Under the pieces are notes generated by a model. It saw only the letters and a program-made list of their open reading frames with translations, was not told the origin of the DNA and ran no database searches. From Thermodesulfobacteriota bacterium (GTDB lineage Bacteria; Desulfobacterota; BSN033; WVXP01; G020346125), in the NCBI GenBank assembly GCA_030145085.1, contig JAQYWG010000003.1:1-49946 (forward strand): a stretch of 49,946 nucleotides of DNA, in the 5' to 3' direction. Below are positions 1 through 11,300 of the stretch, one piece after another (the first letter of the stretch is position 1; each line of letters starts with the position of its first letter). Made by a program: the position numbers and the translations under genes.

Positions 1-1
1 G

Positions 2-1687
2 GGAGTAATCACCATCAAAAGGGTTTTTGGTCATTCAGCAGGCCTTAAGTCCAGCCAGATAAAGAGATTAGAGCGTATATATCGAAGAAAGATCCCTCCA
101 CGGAAGGTCATAAACCCCGAAATAGCCAGGTATCTCTCCGAGATTTCCCATGAGATCAAACGGCAAGTGGGAATTTTGGTCAACCGCAAGGGCACGATTG
201 AATATGTCATCGTAGGAGATCATCAAGGGATTGTCATTCCACCCCTGCCAAGGTATAGGAGGGGGTTGTTAAGGCTTCGGGGCCTCAGATGCATCCATAC
301 TCACCTTAGGGATGAACCCCTTACTCAAGACGACATCACTGACCTTGCCCTTTTGAGGTTCGACATGATGGGCGCTTTGTCCGTTGATGGTTCTGGATCA
401 CCCGACCGTATTTATTTGGGATACCTGCTTCCGGAGAATCCCATGGAAAAAAAATGGGAGCTCCTCTCGCCTCATCGTCCATGGGGGCTGGATATCGATT
501 TCCTTAGCTTCATTCAATCCCTGGAGGATGAATTTGAACGGACTCAGCGAGTAAAAGTCTTTGAAAATGGGAGGGAAAATGCACTTTTGGTGACCGTGGT
601 GGATTCCAATCAGGGGGACATCGAGGAATCCGTCCAAGAGTTAAAGGAGTTGGTGAAAACGAGCGGTGGGGTGACAGTGGATTCCATCATTCAGCGTCCA
701 AAAAAGTTGCACCCCAGGCTTCTGATCGGAAGGGGTAAACTGACCGAGATCACGATACGATGCATGCAATTGGGAGTTGACCTTATCATTTTTAACCAGG
801 ATTTGTCTCCCCCCCAAATGGCCTCCATTAGCGATTTTACGGAGTTGAGGGTGATCGATCGGACACAGTTGATTTTGGATATTTTTGCCCAGAGGGCTCA
901 TAGCCGAGATGGCAAAGTCCAGGTTGAATTGGCTCAGCTACGGTACCTATTACCAAGGCTTACGGCTAAAAATACGGCTATGTCCCGTTTGACCGGGGGG
1001 ATTGGAGGTCGTGGTCCAGGGGAGACGAAACTCGAGATAAACCGTAGACGGGTGAGGGATAAGATTACTCGTTTGGAGAAGGAAATCAATAATTTGGGCA
1101 AGGAGCGGGAACGGAGGAGGGAAGGGAGAATAAAGAGAGGGATTCCCATCCTATCCATCGTTGGTTATACAAATGCTGGGAAATCCACCCTCTTCAACGC
1201 ATTGACAAAAAGCCACGTAAACGTTGAGGAGAAGCTCTTCGCCACCTTGGATACCGCGACTCGGAGGCTCCGCTTTCAAAGGGATCGAGAGGTTATTATT
1301 TCGGATACGGTGGGATTCATACGGGATTTACCCAAGGATCTCATGGGGGCCTTTCGAGCTACGCTCGGTGAACTGAGGGATGCCGATCTTCTCATACACT
1401 TGGTCGATATGACTAACCCCGCTTTCGAAGAGCATATCCTTACCGTTGAAACGATCCTGAATGAATTGGAACTGAACACAATTCCCAAGCTTTTGGTCTT
1501 CAATAAGGAGGATAAGGTGGATTCGAGCTTCATCCCCCAGGCCTGTCGGCGATACAATGCCATCTCCATATCGGCCCTCAAGGGGAGACATCTGGATAAT
1601 CTCTTGTTAAGAATAGAAGGGATGCTTTGTAAGGATATGGATCCAATCGCTGAACTGGGCACCGATCACGGTAAGACCGCCAGTTGA
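2..1687 (+). CDS. hflX: GTPase HflX, long form; probably 5'-truncated by the window edge (first in-window start is GTG 167)
   Basis: HflX N-domain signature RVIDRTQLILDIFAQRA..VELAQLRY. G1 GYTNAGKSTLFNALT, G3 DTVGF, G4 FNKED. Frame 2 has no stop from nt 2 to 166, and that stretch translates to plausible protein (GVITIKRVFGHSAGLKSSQIKRLERIYRRK..). Confidence 0.9.
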   Translation, partial: GVITIKRVFGHSAGLKSSQIKRLERIYRRKIPPRKVINPEIARYLSEISHEIKRQVGILVNRKGTIEYVIVGDHQGIVIPPLPRYRRGLLRLRGLRCIHTHLRDEPLTQDDITDLALLRFDMMGALSVDGSGSPDRIYLGYLLPENPMEKKWELLSPHRPWGLDIDFLSFIQSLEDEFERTQRVKVFENGRENALLVTVVDSNQGDIEESVQELKELVKTSGGVTVDSIIQRPKKLHPRLLIGRGKLTEITIRCMQLGVDLIIFNQDLSPPQMASISDFTELRVIDRTQLILDIFAQRAHSRDGKVQVELAQLRYLLPRLTAKNTAMSRLTGGIGGRGPGETKLEINRRRVRDKITRLEKEINNLGKERERRREGRIKRGIPILSIVGYTNAGKSTLFNALTKSHVNVEEKLFATLDTATRRLRFQRDREVIISDTVGFIRDLPKDLMGAFRATLGELRDADLLIHLVDMTNPAFEEHILTVETILNELELNTIPKLLVFNKEDKVDSSFIPQACRRYNAISISALKGRHLDNLLLRIEGMLCKDMDPIAELGTDHGKTAS

Positions 1688-1765
1688 CAAAAGGAGAATG
1701 CTTTGCTATTAAATACTAAAACCCTTCCATTTTATTTCCTCGTTTATCTTCTATCTCCAACATAG

Positions 1766-3307
<1,542 letters not shown>

Positions 3308-3335
3308 GGGATGGAGTAGAAGGTTGGGTCGATCA

Positions 3336-5279
3336 ATGAGGCGGACATTCAGGATTTTCCTTTTTTCCGTATTCTGTTTCATCGTGTGGAATGGTGGTCA
3401 AATCTATCCTTCAGAGGATTCTGTACAGTCCGGAAAGGTCACTTCCATCAATATCTTCACCGGTCCCCCGGAAATCCAACGCTATTGGCTTCAGCGAAGA
3501 GACCTCATCAATAGTGGAAAGACGATCGTCGGCAAGAAGGAGTTGGAGCAGATTCATCGAGTTCAATTGGATAGGGGTATTCGCAATCTGCCCATATTCG
3601 CTACATTGCTGATTAGAGAAGCCTTGGAGGTCTCGGCAAGGGGGGGCCACCAAGAGGCATTGGCGCTCTGTAGCGGGGCGAAAATGCTCGCTCCGAGATC
3701 GCCGTATGGATATTTTGGCCTTGCGAGGGTCCACTGGAATCGGTCTAAACTTCGACTAGACAGAGTTTTGGCGGAATACCTGAAAGGTTTCGTTGTCTCA
3801 ATGAAGAATTTCGAGCTCACCTTCATAAGGTTCACGGATTTCCTCTTCCTCATTGGCCAGTCGATTCTCTTGGCTTTTTTGCTCTATTCATTCATCTTGT
3901 TCCTCAAGTATTTTCCCTCCTTTGTTGAGGGTTTAGCAAGGAATTTCAAAGCTCAGGTTTTTCAGATTATCCAAGCACTGATAAAGGTCGTGGCCATTCT
4001 CCTTCCCTTCTTCTTACAACTGAGTCTCATATGGGCCTTTATGTATTGGTCCCTTCTCGTCTGGTTCTTCCTCCAGAAGCGGGAGAGGATCGTGCTCTGC
4101 GTTTTCCTCATCTTGCTAATCTATATCCCCTGGACGATGGATGTCTTCTCCAACTTTTTGGATCATTCGGCGAAGGCCCCTTTGAACATCTATAAGGCGA
4201 ACGAGGAGATATGGAGCCAAGATATTAAGGAGGATCTAATCCAACGACTTAAGGGGAACCCCGGAGATACGAAGATCCTCTTCACGTTGGGGTTGATTAA
4301 TAAGAGGGAGGGGAACTATCCAAAGGCTGAATACTATCTAAAGCAGGCTATATCCAATGATTCCTCGGCTGCCGAGGCCATGACGAATCTGGCAAACGTT
4401 TGGCTGGCAATGGGCAATGTCGATCGAGCCATCGAATGGAATCAGAAGGCCATCGACTTGAAACCCCGAAAGGCTTCCTTTTATTTTAACCTCCACAGGG
4501 CGAATTCGAAAAAGTCCACGAACGTAGTCAAGGCGGATCCATCCATTCAAAGGGCCACTGAACTAAACCCCCAATTAATTCATTACTACCTGAAAATTGA
4601 AACGGGAAATATGAATCGTTACGTCATCGACGAGACCCTCTCGACTCTGAGCCTGTGGAAAGGTGTCATGTATCATCTCATGGACAAATGGATAGATCCC
4701 GAAGGGCTTGTTTCAGTATGGGTGAGACCGCTAAGCGACCGGTGGGGATTCGTTTCCCCCCTATTATTCTTGGGCATGGTGGTAGTTTTCTCGATACTGG
4801 CCAAACGGAAGGGGGGCATGAGGAAGTGTTCCCTCTGCGGTAGTCCCAGCCGTCGGGTCTTTCCAAGAAAAATGGGGGGCGATTTTATCTGCCTCGGTTG
4901 CCATCGTCTTTTCGTGAAAAAAGAGGGTCTCAACCCCAAGATAAAGGGGAAGAAGATGGCTCAGGTCAGGGGATACCGAAAGAGGGAAGAGATCATTTCG
5001 AGGATCCTTTCCCTTTTCTCCTTGGGAGGGGGGCACGTATGGAGAAATTACACGGTAAGGGGGGGGCTCCTGCTCTTTATCTTTTCCATGTTCATTCTGA
5101 GAATATACCACTGGCATGGATTCATCAGGAATTCTGAGGTCGTTGCGGCATCCTCACCGTTGTCGAGCATGGCCTTCCTTATTGGACTTTTCGCTTGCTT
5201 CTATCTGCCTTCCCTCATGAGTATATCCCGTTTTGAGAGACAAAAACGGGCCCTTGAGAAGATCAGAATCCCATTATAA
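3336..5279 (+). CDS. Polytopic membrane protein with TPR repeats and a CxxC..CxxC zinc ribbon; function unknown
   Basis: ORF 3324-5279; ATG 3336 gives a signal/TM-like N-terminus (MRRTFRIFLFSVFCFIVW). Several hydrophobic helices, then TPR-like repeats (AEYYLKQAISNDSSAAEAMTNLANVWLAMGNVDRAIEWNQKAIDLKP). Further on, CSLCGSPS..FICLGCHRLF followed by more TM segments. Confidence 0.7.
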   Translation: MRRTFRIFLFSVFCFIVWNGGQIYPSEDSVQSGKVTSINIFTGPPEIQRYWLQRRDLINSGKTIVGKKELEQIHRVQLDRGIRNLPIFATLLIREALEVSARGGHQEALALCSGAKMLAPRSPYGYFGLARVHWNRSKLRLDRVLAEYLKGFVVSMKNFELTFIRFTDFLFLIGQSILLAFLLYSFILFLKYFPSFVEGLARNFKAQVFQIIQALIKVVAILLPFFLQLSLIWAFMYWSLLVWFFLQKRERIVLCVFLILLIYIPWTMDVFSNFLDHSAKAPLNIYKANEEIWSQDIKEDLIQRLKGNPGDTKILFTLGLINKREGNYPKAEYYLKQAISNDSSAAEAMTNLANVWLAMGNVDRAIEWNQKAIDLKPRKASFYFNLHRANSKKSTNVVKADPSIQRATELNPQLIHYYLKIETGNMNRYVIDETLSTLSLWKGVMYHLMDKWIDPEGLVSVWVRPLSDRWGFVSPLLFLGMVVVFSILAKRKGGMRKCSLCGSPSRRVFPRKMGGDFICLGCHRLFVKKEGLNPKIKGKKMAQVRGYRKREEIISRILSLFSLGGGHVWRNYTVRGGLLLFIFSMFILRIYHWHGFIRNSEVVAASSPLSSMAFLIGLFACFYLPSLMSISRFERQKRALEKIRIPL

Positions 5280-5288
5280 GGAGAAGGG

Positions 5289-6395
5289 GTGGCCCTACAG
5301 GGTGATTTAAAAGATTTCAGCATTACGGAGATCATTCAGCTCATCGGCCAACAGTTTAAGACCGGGATTTTGAATGTTCAGCATGGCAGGAAGAAGGTTG
5401 AGATCTACTTCCTGGATGGCATGATCGTCCACGTCTTCTCCACCTATCGGGCCAAGAAGGACCACTTGGGAGAAATTCTCGTCAAGGCCGGGGTAATCAC
5501 CCAACAGCAATTGGACCAAGCCCTTAAGGTTCAGGAGGAAACATTACAGTATTTGGGGGAAGTGCTCATCGATTTGCAGTGGCTGAAACGGGAGGAAGTG
5601 CTTAGGGTTATCGAGAATCAAATCTATGAGACCATTTACGATCTCTTCCAATGGGGAGATGGGAATTTTCGGTTTGACCTGCGGCTCGTTGAGAAATATC
5701 GAAGGATCCCATTGGCGTTGAGCCCGGAGAACGTCCTGCTCAACGTGCTTCGGATGTTGGACGAATGGTCAGAAATCGAGAAGAAGATCTCTTCACCCTA
5801 TACCATCTTTGAAAAGGTTTCCGCCGAGGAGATGGGGGACGGATACGATATCGGAGAATTGGGCGAGAAGATATCCGCGGAAGGGGAAGTGATCCATGGC
5901 TTGGTCAATGGGGAACTCACTGTCCAAGAGATCGTGGATCGAAGTCTCTTGGGGAAATTTCAGGTTTATGACTCCTTGGCGAAATTGGAGGAAGGAGGGC
6001 TCATCCGAAGCGTAGCCATAGAGAGGCCAAGCCTTAGGGATTTTGTGACCGGGAAGACCTTCAGAAATATTTCCTCAGTCATGCGCTTGGGAATCCTCTT
6101 CGCAATAATCTTCCTCTTGATCATCTTCCTTAAACCCTTTCTTAAGGATGTGGTGGTCAACTCCCGAATCGAGAAGTGGGAGGTGAATTTACCACGAGCC
6201 TATTCGGGCGGTTTGCATAGGACGAAGATATTGAAGGCGCTGAAAATCTACCTATTGGAAAAGGGCGAATATCCCGAGGATTTACAACAATTAGTCTCCG
6301 CGGGGATTTTGGCCGATTGGGATCTCCTTTCTGAAGATGGCCAACCGTATCGGTACAAGGTGGGGAGCGATGGCCGAATAAGGCTGAGTCCTTGA
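5289..6395 (+). CDS. DUF4388-type protein with MshEN/GspE-N-like repeats, one TM helix and a pseudopilin-like C-terminal domain
   Basis: GTG 5289 immediately after AAGGAGAAGG. N-terminus LQGDLKDFSITEIIQLIGQQFKTGIL..IYFLDGMIV is DUF4388-like. HLGEILVKAGVITQQQLDQALKVQ is a GspE-N/MshEN-like repeat. TM helix LGILFAIIFLLIIFL, then a C-terminus (YLLEKGEYPEDLQQLVSAGIL..DGQPYRY) resembling GspG-type pseudopilin ends. Confidence 0.7.
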   Translation: MALQGDLKDFSITEIIQLIGQQFKTGILNVQHGRKKVEIYFLDGMIVHVFSTYRAKKDHLGEILVKAGVITQQQLDQALKVQEETLQYLGEVLIDLQWLKREEVLRVIENQIYETIYDLFQWGDGNFRFDLRLVEKYRRIPLALSPENVLLNVLRMLDEWSEIEKKISSPYTIFEKVSAEEMGDGYDIGELGEKISAEGEVIHGLVNGELTVQEIVDRSLLGKFQVYDSLAKLEEGGLIRSVAIERPSLRDFVTGKTFRNISSVMRLGILFAIIFLLIIFLKPFLKDVVVNSRIEKWEVNLPRAYSGGLHRTKILKALKIYLLEKGEYPEDLQQLVSAGILADWDLLSEDGQPYRYKVGSDGRIRLSP

Positions 6396-6442
6396 CCCGC
6401 TTTTTCCAGTGAATACTTTGCTCCCATAGAGAGGTCAAAGCC

Positions 6443-7999
6443 ATGGGGGACATGTATCGTGAGAAAATTCTCATACTGGACTTCGGTTCTCAGTACACTC
6501 AGCTGATTGCCAGGCGCATCAGGACGTGCCAGGTCTATTGTGAAATTCACCCCTTCAATATGAATTTGAAAGATATAGAGGCATTTCATCCCCGTGGAAT
6601 TGTATTCTCCGGCGGTCCGTCGAGTATCCATGACGATGATGCGCCGGTGGTGCAGCGCGAGTTGTTGGATTTAGGTATTCCAATCCTTGGAATATGTTAT
6701 GGAATGCAGCTAATGGCCCATCTCTTGGGGGGTAAGGTAATCAAATCCCCCGAAAGGGAGTATGGGAAGGTCCAGATCGTGGTTGATGATCCTACTGACA
6801 TCTTTGAGGGGTTTGGAAAAGGGGGGAAAAGACATCACGTGTGGATGAGCCATGGAGACCGAGTAGAGGTGGTGCCCGACGGATTCGAAAGGATAGCTCA
6901 TTCGAAGAATTCTCCTATCGCTGCTATGAAGGGCAGAGGAGGAACGCTTTTCGGCCTTCAATTTCATCCGGAAGTAGTACATACGCCCAGGGGGATCGAA
7001 ATCTTGAAGAATTTTCTCTATAAGGTATGCGGCTGCTCGGCCTCCTGGACCATGAAATCCTTTATTCAGGAAGGCATGAGCGACATCAGAAGAGAGGTGG
7101 GAAGGGAGAAGGTTCTCTGTGCCATCAGCGGGGGGGTCGATTCTTCAGTGGTGGCTGTCCTCTTGCATAGGGCTATAGGTGAACGATCGATTTGCCTCTT
7201 TGTAGATAACGGACTTTTAAGGAAAGATGAAGCCGATGAGGTTGAAGCAGTCTTCAGGAACCATTTCAAGATCAACTTAGTCCGCGTTGATGCGCAGGAG
7301 CACTTCTTGGGAAAATTAGAGGAGGTCGTTGACCCGGAGGAGAAGAGACGGGTTATCGGAAATGAATTCATCTATCTCTTCGAACGATGGGCGAGGGAAT
7401 CAGGGAGGATTAAGTATCTCGCCCAAGGAACCCTCTACCCCGACGTTATAGAGTCGACTTCCTTTAAGGGATCTTCTGCCACGATTAAGTCTCACCATAA
7501 TGTGGGAGGACTTCCGGATAGAATGGGGCTCACACTGATTGAGCCCCTCCGGGAATTGTTTAAGGATGAAGTTAGATTGGTGGGCAAGGAGTTGGGTATC
7601 CCCGATAGGATTATCAGCCGCCAGCCCTTTCCCGGGCCGGGGTTGGCCGTTCGGATTATCGGCGAGGTGACTCAGGAAAGGCTTTCCCTGATTAGGCAAG
7701 CGGATGATATTTTGCTCCAGGAGATATCTCGGACGGGAGTTTACCGAGAGATTTGGCAATCCTTTGCCGTTCTGCTCCCAGTAAAAACAGTGGGGGTGAT
7801 GGGAGATGAGAGGACCTATGAGAATGTCCTCGCCATCAGGGCGGTCAAAAGTATTGATGGAATGACGGCTGACTGGGTTCGGATTCCCTATGACATGCTT
7901 GAAAGAATTTCAAGCCGGGTAACCAATGAGGTGAAGGGGATCAATAGGGTGGTATACGATATCAGTTCAAAACCTCCCAGTACCATTGAATGGGAATAG
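6443..7999 (+). CDS. guaA: GMP synthase (glutamine-hydrolysing)
   Basis: 518 aa. GATase domain (ILGICYGMQLM, FHPEV), PP-loop AISGGVDSSV, conserved C-terminus ISSKPPSTIEWE. Confidence 0.97.
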   Translation: MGDMYREKILILDFGSQYTQLIARRIRTCQVYCEIHPFNMNLKDIEAFHPRGIVFSGGPSSIHDDDAPVVQRELLDLGIPILGICYGMQLMAHLLGGKVIKSPEREYGKVQIVVDDPTDIFEGFGKGGKRHHVWMSHGDRVEVVPDGFERIAHSKNSPIAAMKGRGGTLFGLQFHPEVVHTPRGIEILKNFLYKVCGCSASWTMKSFIQEGMSDIRREVGREKVLCAISGGVDSSVVAVLLHRAIGERSICLFVDNGLLRKDEADEVEAVFRNHFKINLVRVDAQEHFLGKLEEVVDPEEKRRVIGNEFIYLFERWARESGRIKYLAQGTLYPDVIESTSFKGSSATIKSHHNVGGLPDRMGLTLIEPLRELFKDEVRLVGKELGIPDRIISRQPFPGPGLAVRIIGEVTQERLSLIRQADDILLQEISRTGVYREIWQSFAVLLPVKTVGVMGDERTYENVLAIRAVKSIDGMTADWVRIPYDMLERISSRVTNEVKGINRVVYDISSKPPSTIEWE

Positions 8000-8176
8000 C
8001 TCTGTTCCCAAGGTATGGCTCTTCGTGGTCGTTCAGGTTTCTGATTTAAAGACACATGGCCATAGGGCCATCCCGAAGTCCACTCGTCCTCGAAGGGTAC
8101 CCCACTTCTCCGGCAGATTACGCTCAGGACCAACGGAACCCCCAAAAAAATCAAAAAGCTTCAGATAATTTTTGTC

Positions 8177-8205
8177 TTGACAGGACCTATATATTGTGTT
8201 ATTAA
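8177..8205 (+). promoter_or_regulatory. Candidate sigma70 promoter for dnaE (TTGACA-17-TATTAA with a TGn extended -10)
   Basis: TTGACA 8177-8182, 17-nt spacer, TG at 8197-8198, TATTAA 8200-8205. About 120 nt upstream of the dnaE ATG, in a 326-bp gene-free spacer. Confidence 0.5.
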
Positions 8206-8227
8206 AAACAAATAATACAATATATAG
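8187..8227. promoter_or_regulatory. 17-bp-arm imperfect palindrome overlapping the candidate dnaE promoter (possible operator)
   Basis: ctatatattgtgttatt (8187-8203), 7 nt, aataatacaatatatag (8211-8227); 16 of 17 positions complementary. Confidence 0.5.
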
Positions 8228-8325
8228 TTGAAAAACGGCCCATTTTCTCGCCCACATTCGACCATGTAGACGAGGAACTTCACAGGTCAATTCGCGGTTT
8301 ATTCCCGTATCAATGAGGAGGAGGA

Positions 8326-11300
8326 ATGAATAGAGGACAATTCGTTCATCTGCATCTTCACAGCCAATATAGCCTTTTGGATGGGGCCATTCGATTCGAA
8401 GAACTCTTCGAATTGGCCAAGAAATATGAGATGTCGGCAGTAGCCTTGACGGACCATGGCAATATGTTCGGAGCTATAGAATTTTACCAGAAGGCGATAA
8501 AGAATGGAATTAAGCCCATCATAGGATGTGAGATATATGTGGCACCCAAGAGCCGATTTGAAAAGAAGACGGGGAATGTGAGCGAGGGGCCGTACCACAT
8601 CACCTTATTGGCTATGAATAAGCCGGGATATTACAATTTGATCAAATTGGTCAGCCTGGGCCACCTCGAGGGGTTCTATTATAAACCGCGGACCGATAAA
8701 GACCTTTTAAGACAATATAACGAGGGATTGATCGCCCTGAGCGGTTGCTTAAAGGGGGAGATTCCTTTTTTGCTCAACAAAGGAGAAGAGCACGAAGCGG
8801 AAAAAGTAGCCCGCGAATACTCGGAGATATTCGACCATGATCGATTCTTCTTGGAGATCATGGAAAACGGTGTGGAGAATCAAGGCGAGATAAACGAAAA
8901 ATTATGCTCCGTGGCGGATAAGCTTTCCTTACCCCTGGTAGCGACCAACGACTGCCACTACCTGAGGAGCGAGGATGCCAGGGCCCACGAAGTTTTGTTG
9001 TGTATTCAGACGGGAAAGACCATCAATGACAAGGATCGGATGCGATTCTCAACGGATCAGTTCTATTTCAGGTCCCACGACGAGATGAAAGCCCTATTTG
9101 CCGGTCGGGAAGAGGCGATTACCAATACCATGCTGATCGCAGATCAGTGTAACCTGGAATTGAAATTCGGGGAATACCATTTTCCCAGGTTCGCCGTTCT
9201 GCCAGGTGAATCATTGGATTCCTATCTTGAGAATCTCGCAAGGGAGGGTTTGGAGAAGAGGTTATCCGAAATGGAGGGCAGCGAGGGAACCATTACACGA
9301 GGCCGTGAGGAATATTTCACAAGGCTGGGGAAAGAGCTCGCAACCATTAAATCCATGGGTTTCTCCGGCTACTTCCTCATCGTCTCCGATTTCATCAATT
9401 ACGCGAAAAAGAGGGAAATTCCCGTTGGCCCCGGAAGGGGATCTGCTGCCGGGAGCCTCGTTGCCTTTTCTCTGGGGATTACCGATCTTGACCCTCTTCG
9501 CTATGGACTCTTATTCGAGAGGTTCTTAAACCCCGAACGGATCAGCATGCCGGACGTGGATGTCGATTTTTGTATGAAGGGAAGGGATGAGGTGATTCGG
9601 TACGTCACCGAAAAATACGGAAATGACAGCGTCGCGCAAATCATTACCTTCGGTAAGATGCAGGCCAAGGCGGTGATCAGGGATGTAGGGAGGGCCTTGG
9701 ATATGCCATATAACGAAGCAGACCGGATTGCAAAGCTCATCCCAAATACCCTAAATATTGCGCTGGATCAAGCCCTGCTCCAAGAGCCAAAGCTCCGGGA
9801 GTTGATGGAGTCCGAAGAGAGGGTGAGGTCATTGATTACCACCGCCAAGTCCCTGGAAGGTTTGGTCCGACACGCCTCCACCCATGCAGCTGGCGTGGTC
9901 ATATCCAATAAGCCCTTAATAGAGTATCTTCCCCTTTACCGCGGGCAGAACGGCGAAATCATCACCCAGTATGCCATGAAGGATGTTGAAAAGATTGGAT
10001 TGATCAAATTCGATTTTCTCGGCCTCAAGACCTTGACCGTCCTAGATAAGGCGGTGGGGATGGTCAATCAAAAAGGAGATGGCGGGATCGATATCCGGCA
10101 TCTAGATTTAGGGGACAAGAAGACCTTTGAGCTTTTAGGTTCCGGTTCAACGACGGGCATATTTCAGTTGGAAAGCTCGGGAATGAAAGAGCTTTTGGTA
10201 AAACTCAAACCCGAGTCCTTCGATGATATCATCGCCTTAGTGGCCCTCCATCGTCCCGGTCCTCTGGGAAGCGGGATGGTCGATGATTTTATTAAACGGA
10301 AACACCGAAAAGTGCCCGTCCACTTTGAAATTTCCCAGATGGAGGAGATCCTTCGGGAGACCCATGGGGTGATCGTTTACCAGGAACAGGTTATGAAGAT
10401 TGCCGGCTCCCTGGCCAATTTCTCCCTCGGGGATGCTGATGTCCTCAGGTGGGCCATGAGCAAGAAGAATCCCAAGGAGATGGAGAGACAGAAAGAGAAA
10501 TTCCTGGAGGGTGCGAGGAAGAAGGGGATCAATTCCCAAAAGGCTGAGAGGGTCTTTGATCTCATGGCAAAGTTTGCCGAATATGGGTTTAATAAATCCC
10601 ATAGTGCTGCATATGCCCTCATAGCCTATCAAACGGCTTACCTAAAAGCCCATTACCGAGTAGAATTCATGGCGGCACTGCTCACCTGTGAAATGGAGAA
10701 CACGGATAAGATCGTCAAATATATCGGCGAGTGTCAGGATATGGGGATCGAGATTCTTCCTCCCGATATCAATGAAAGCTACAGGGATTTCACGGCCATC
10801 GGAAAAAAAATTCGCTTCGGTTTGGCAGCGGTTAAGAACGTGGGGAGCGGTGCAGTGGATTCCATTATCTCGGAGAGGGGAAAAAATGGATTGTTCAATG
10901 ATATCTTCGATTTCTGCCAAAGGGTGGACCTCAGAAAGGTGAACAAGAGGGTGTTGGAAAGTTTGATCAAGTGTGGCGCATTCGATTTCACCGGGGCACA
11001 TCGTTCACAGATGATGGCCACACTGAATGAGGCCATTGAAATGGCCCAATTACGGCAGAGGGAGAGGGTAAGCAAGCAGGTCGGCCTTTTTTCCACTTAC
11101 GGGGAGGGGGGGGCGACTGGAAGGGGACATCACCAATTACCGGATATCGAGGAATGGCACGAAAATCAGTTGCTGAGCTTCGAAAAGGAGACCCTGGGTT
11201 TTTATATCACCAGCCATCCGTTAGCCCGATACGAGGAGGATATCAAGCGGTTCACCAGCGAGAATACGGCGAGTGTGGCCCAAATTGAAAGTGGTAGGGA

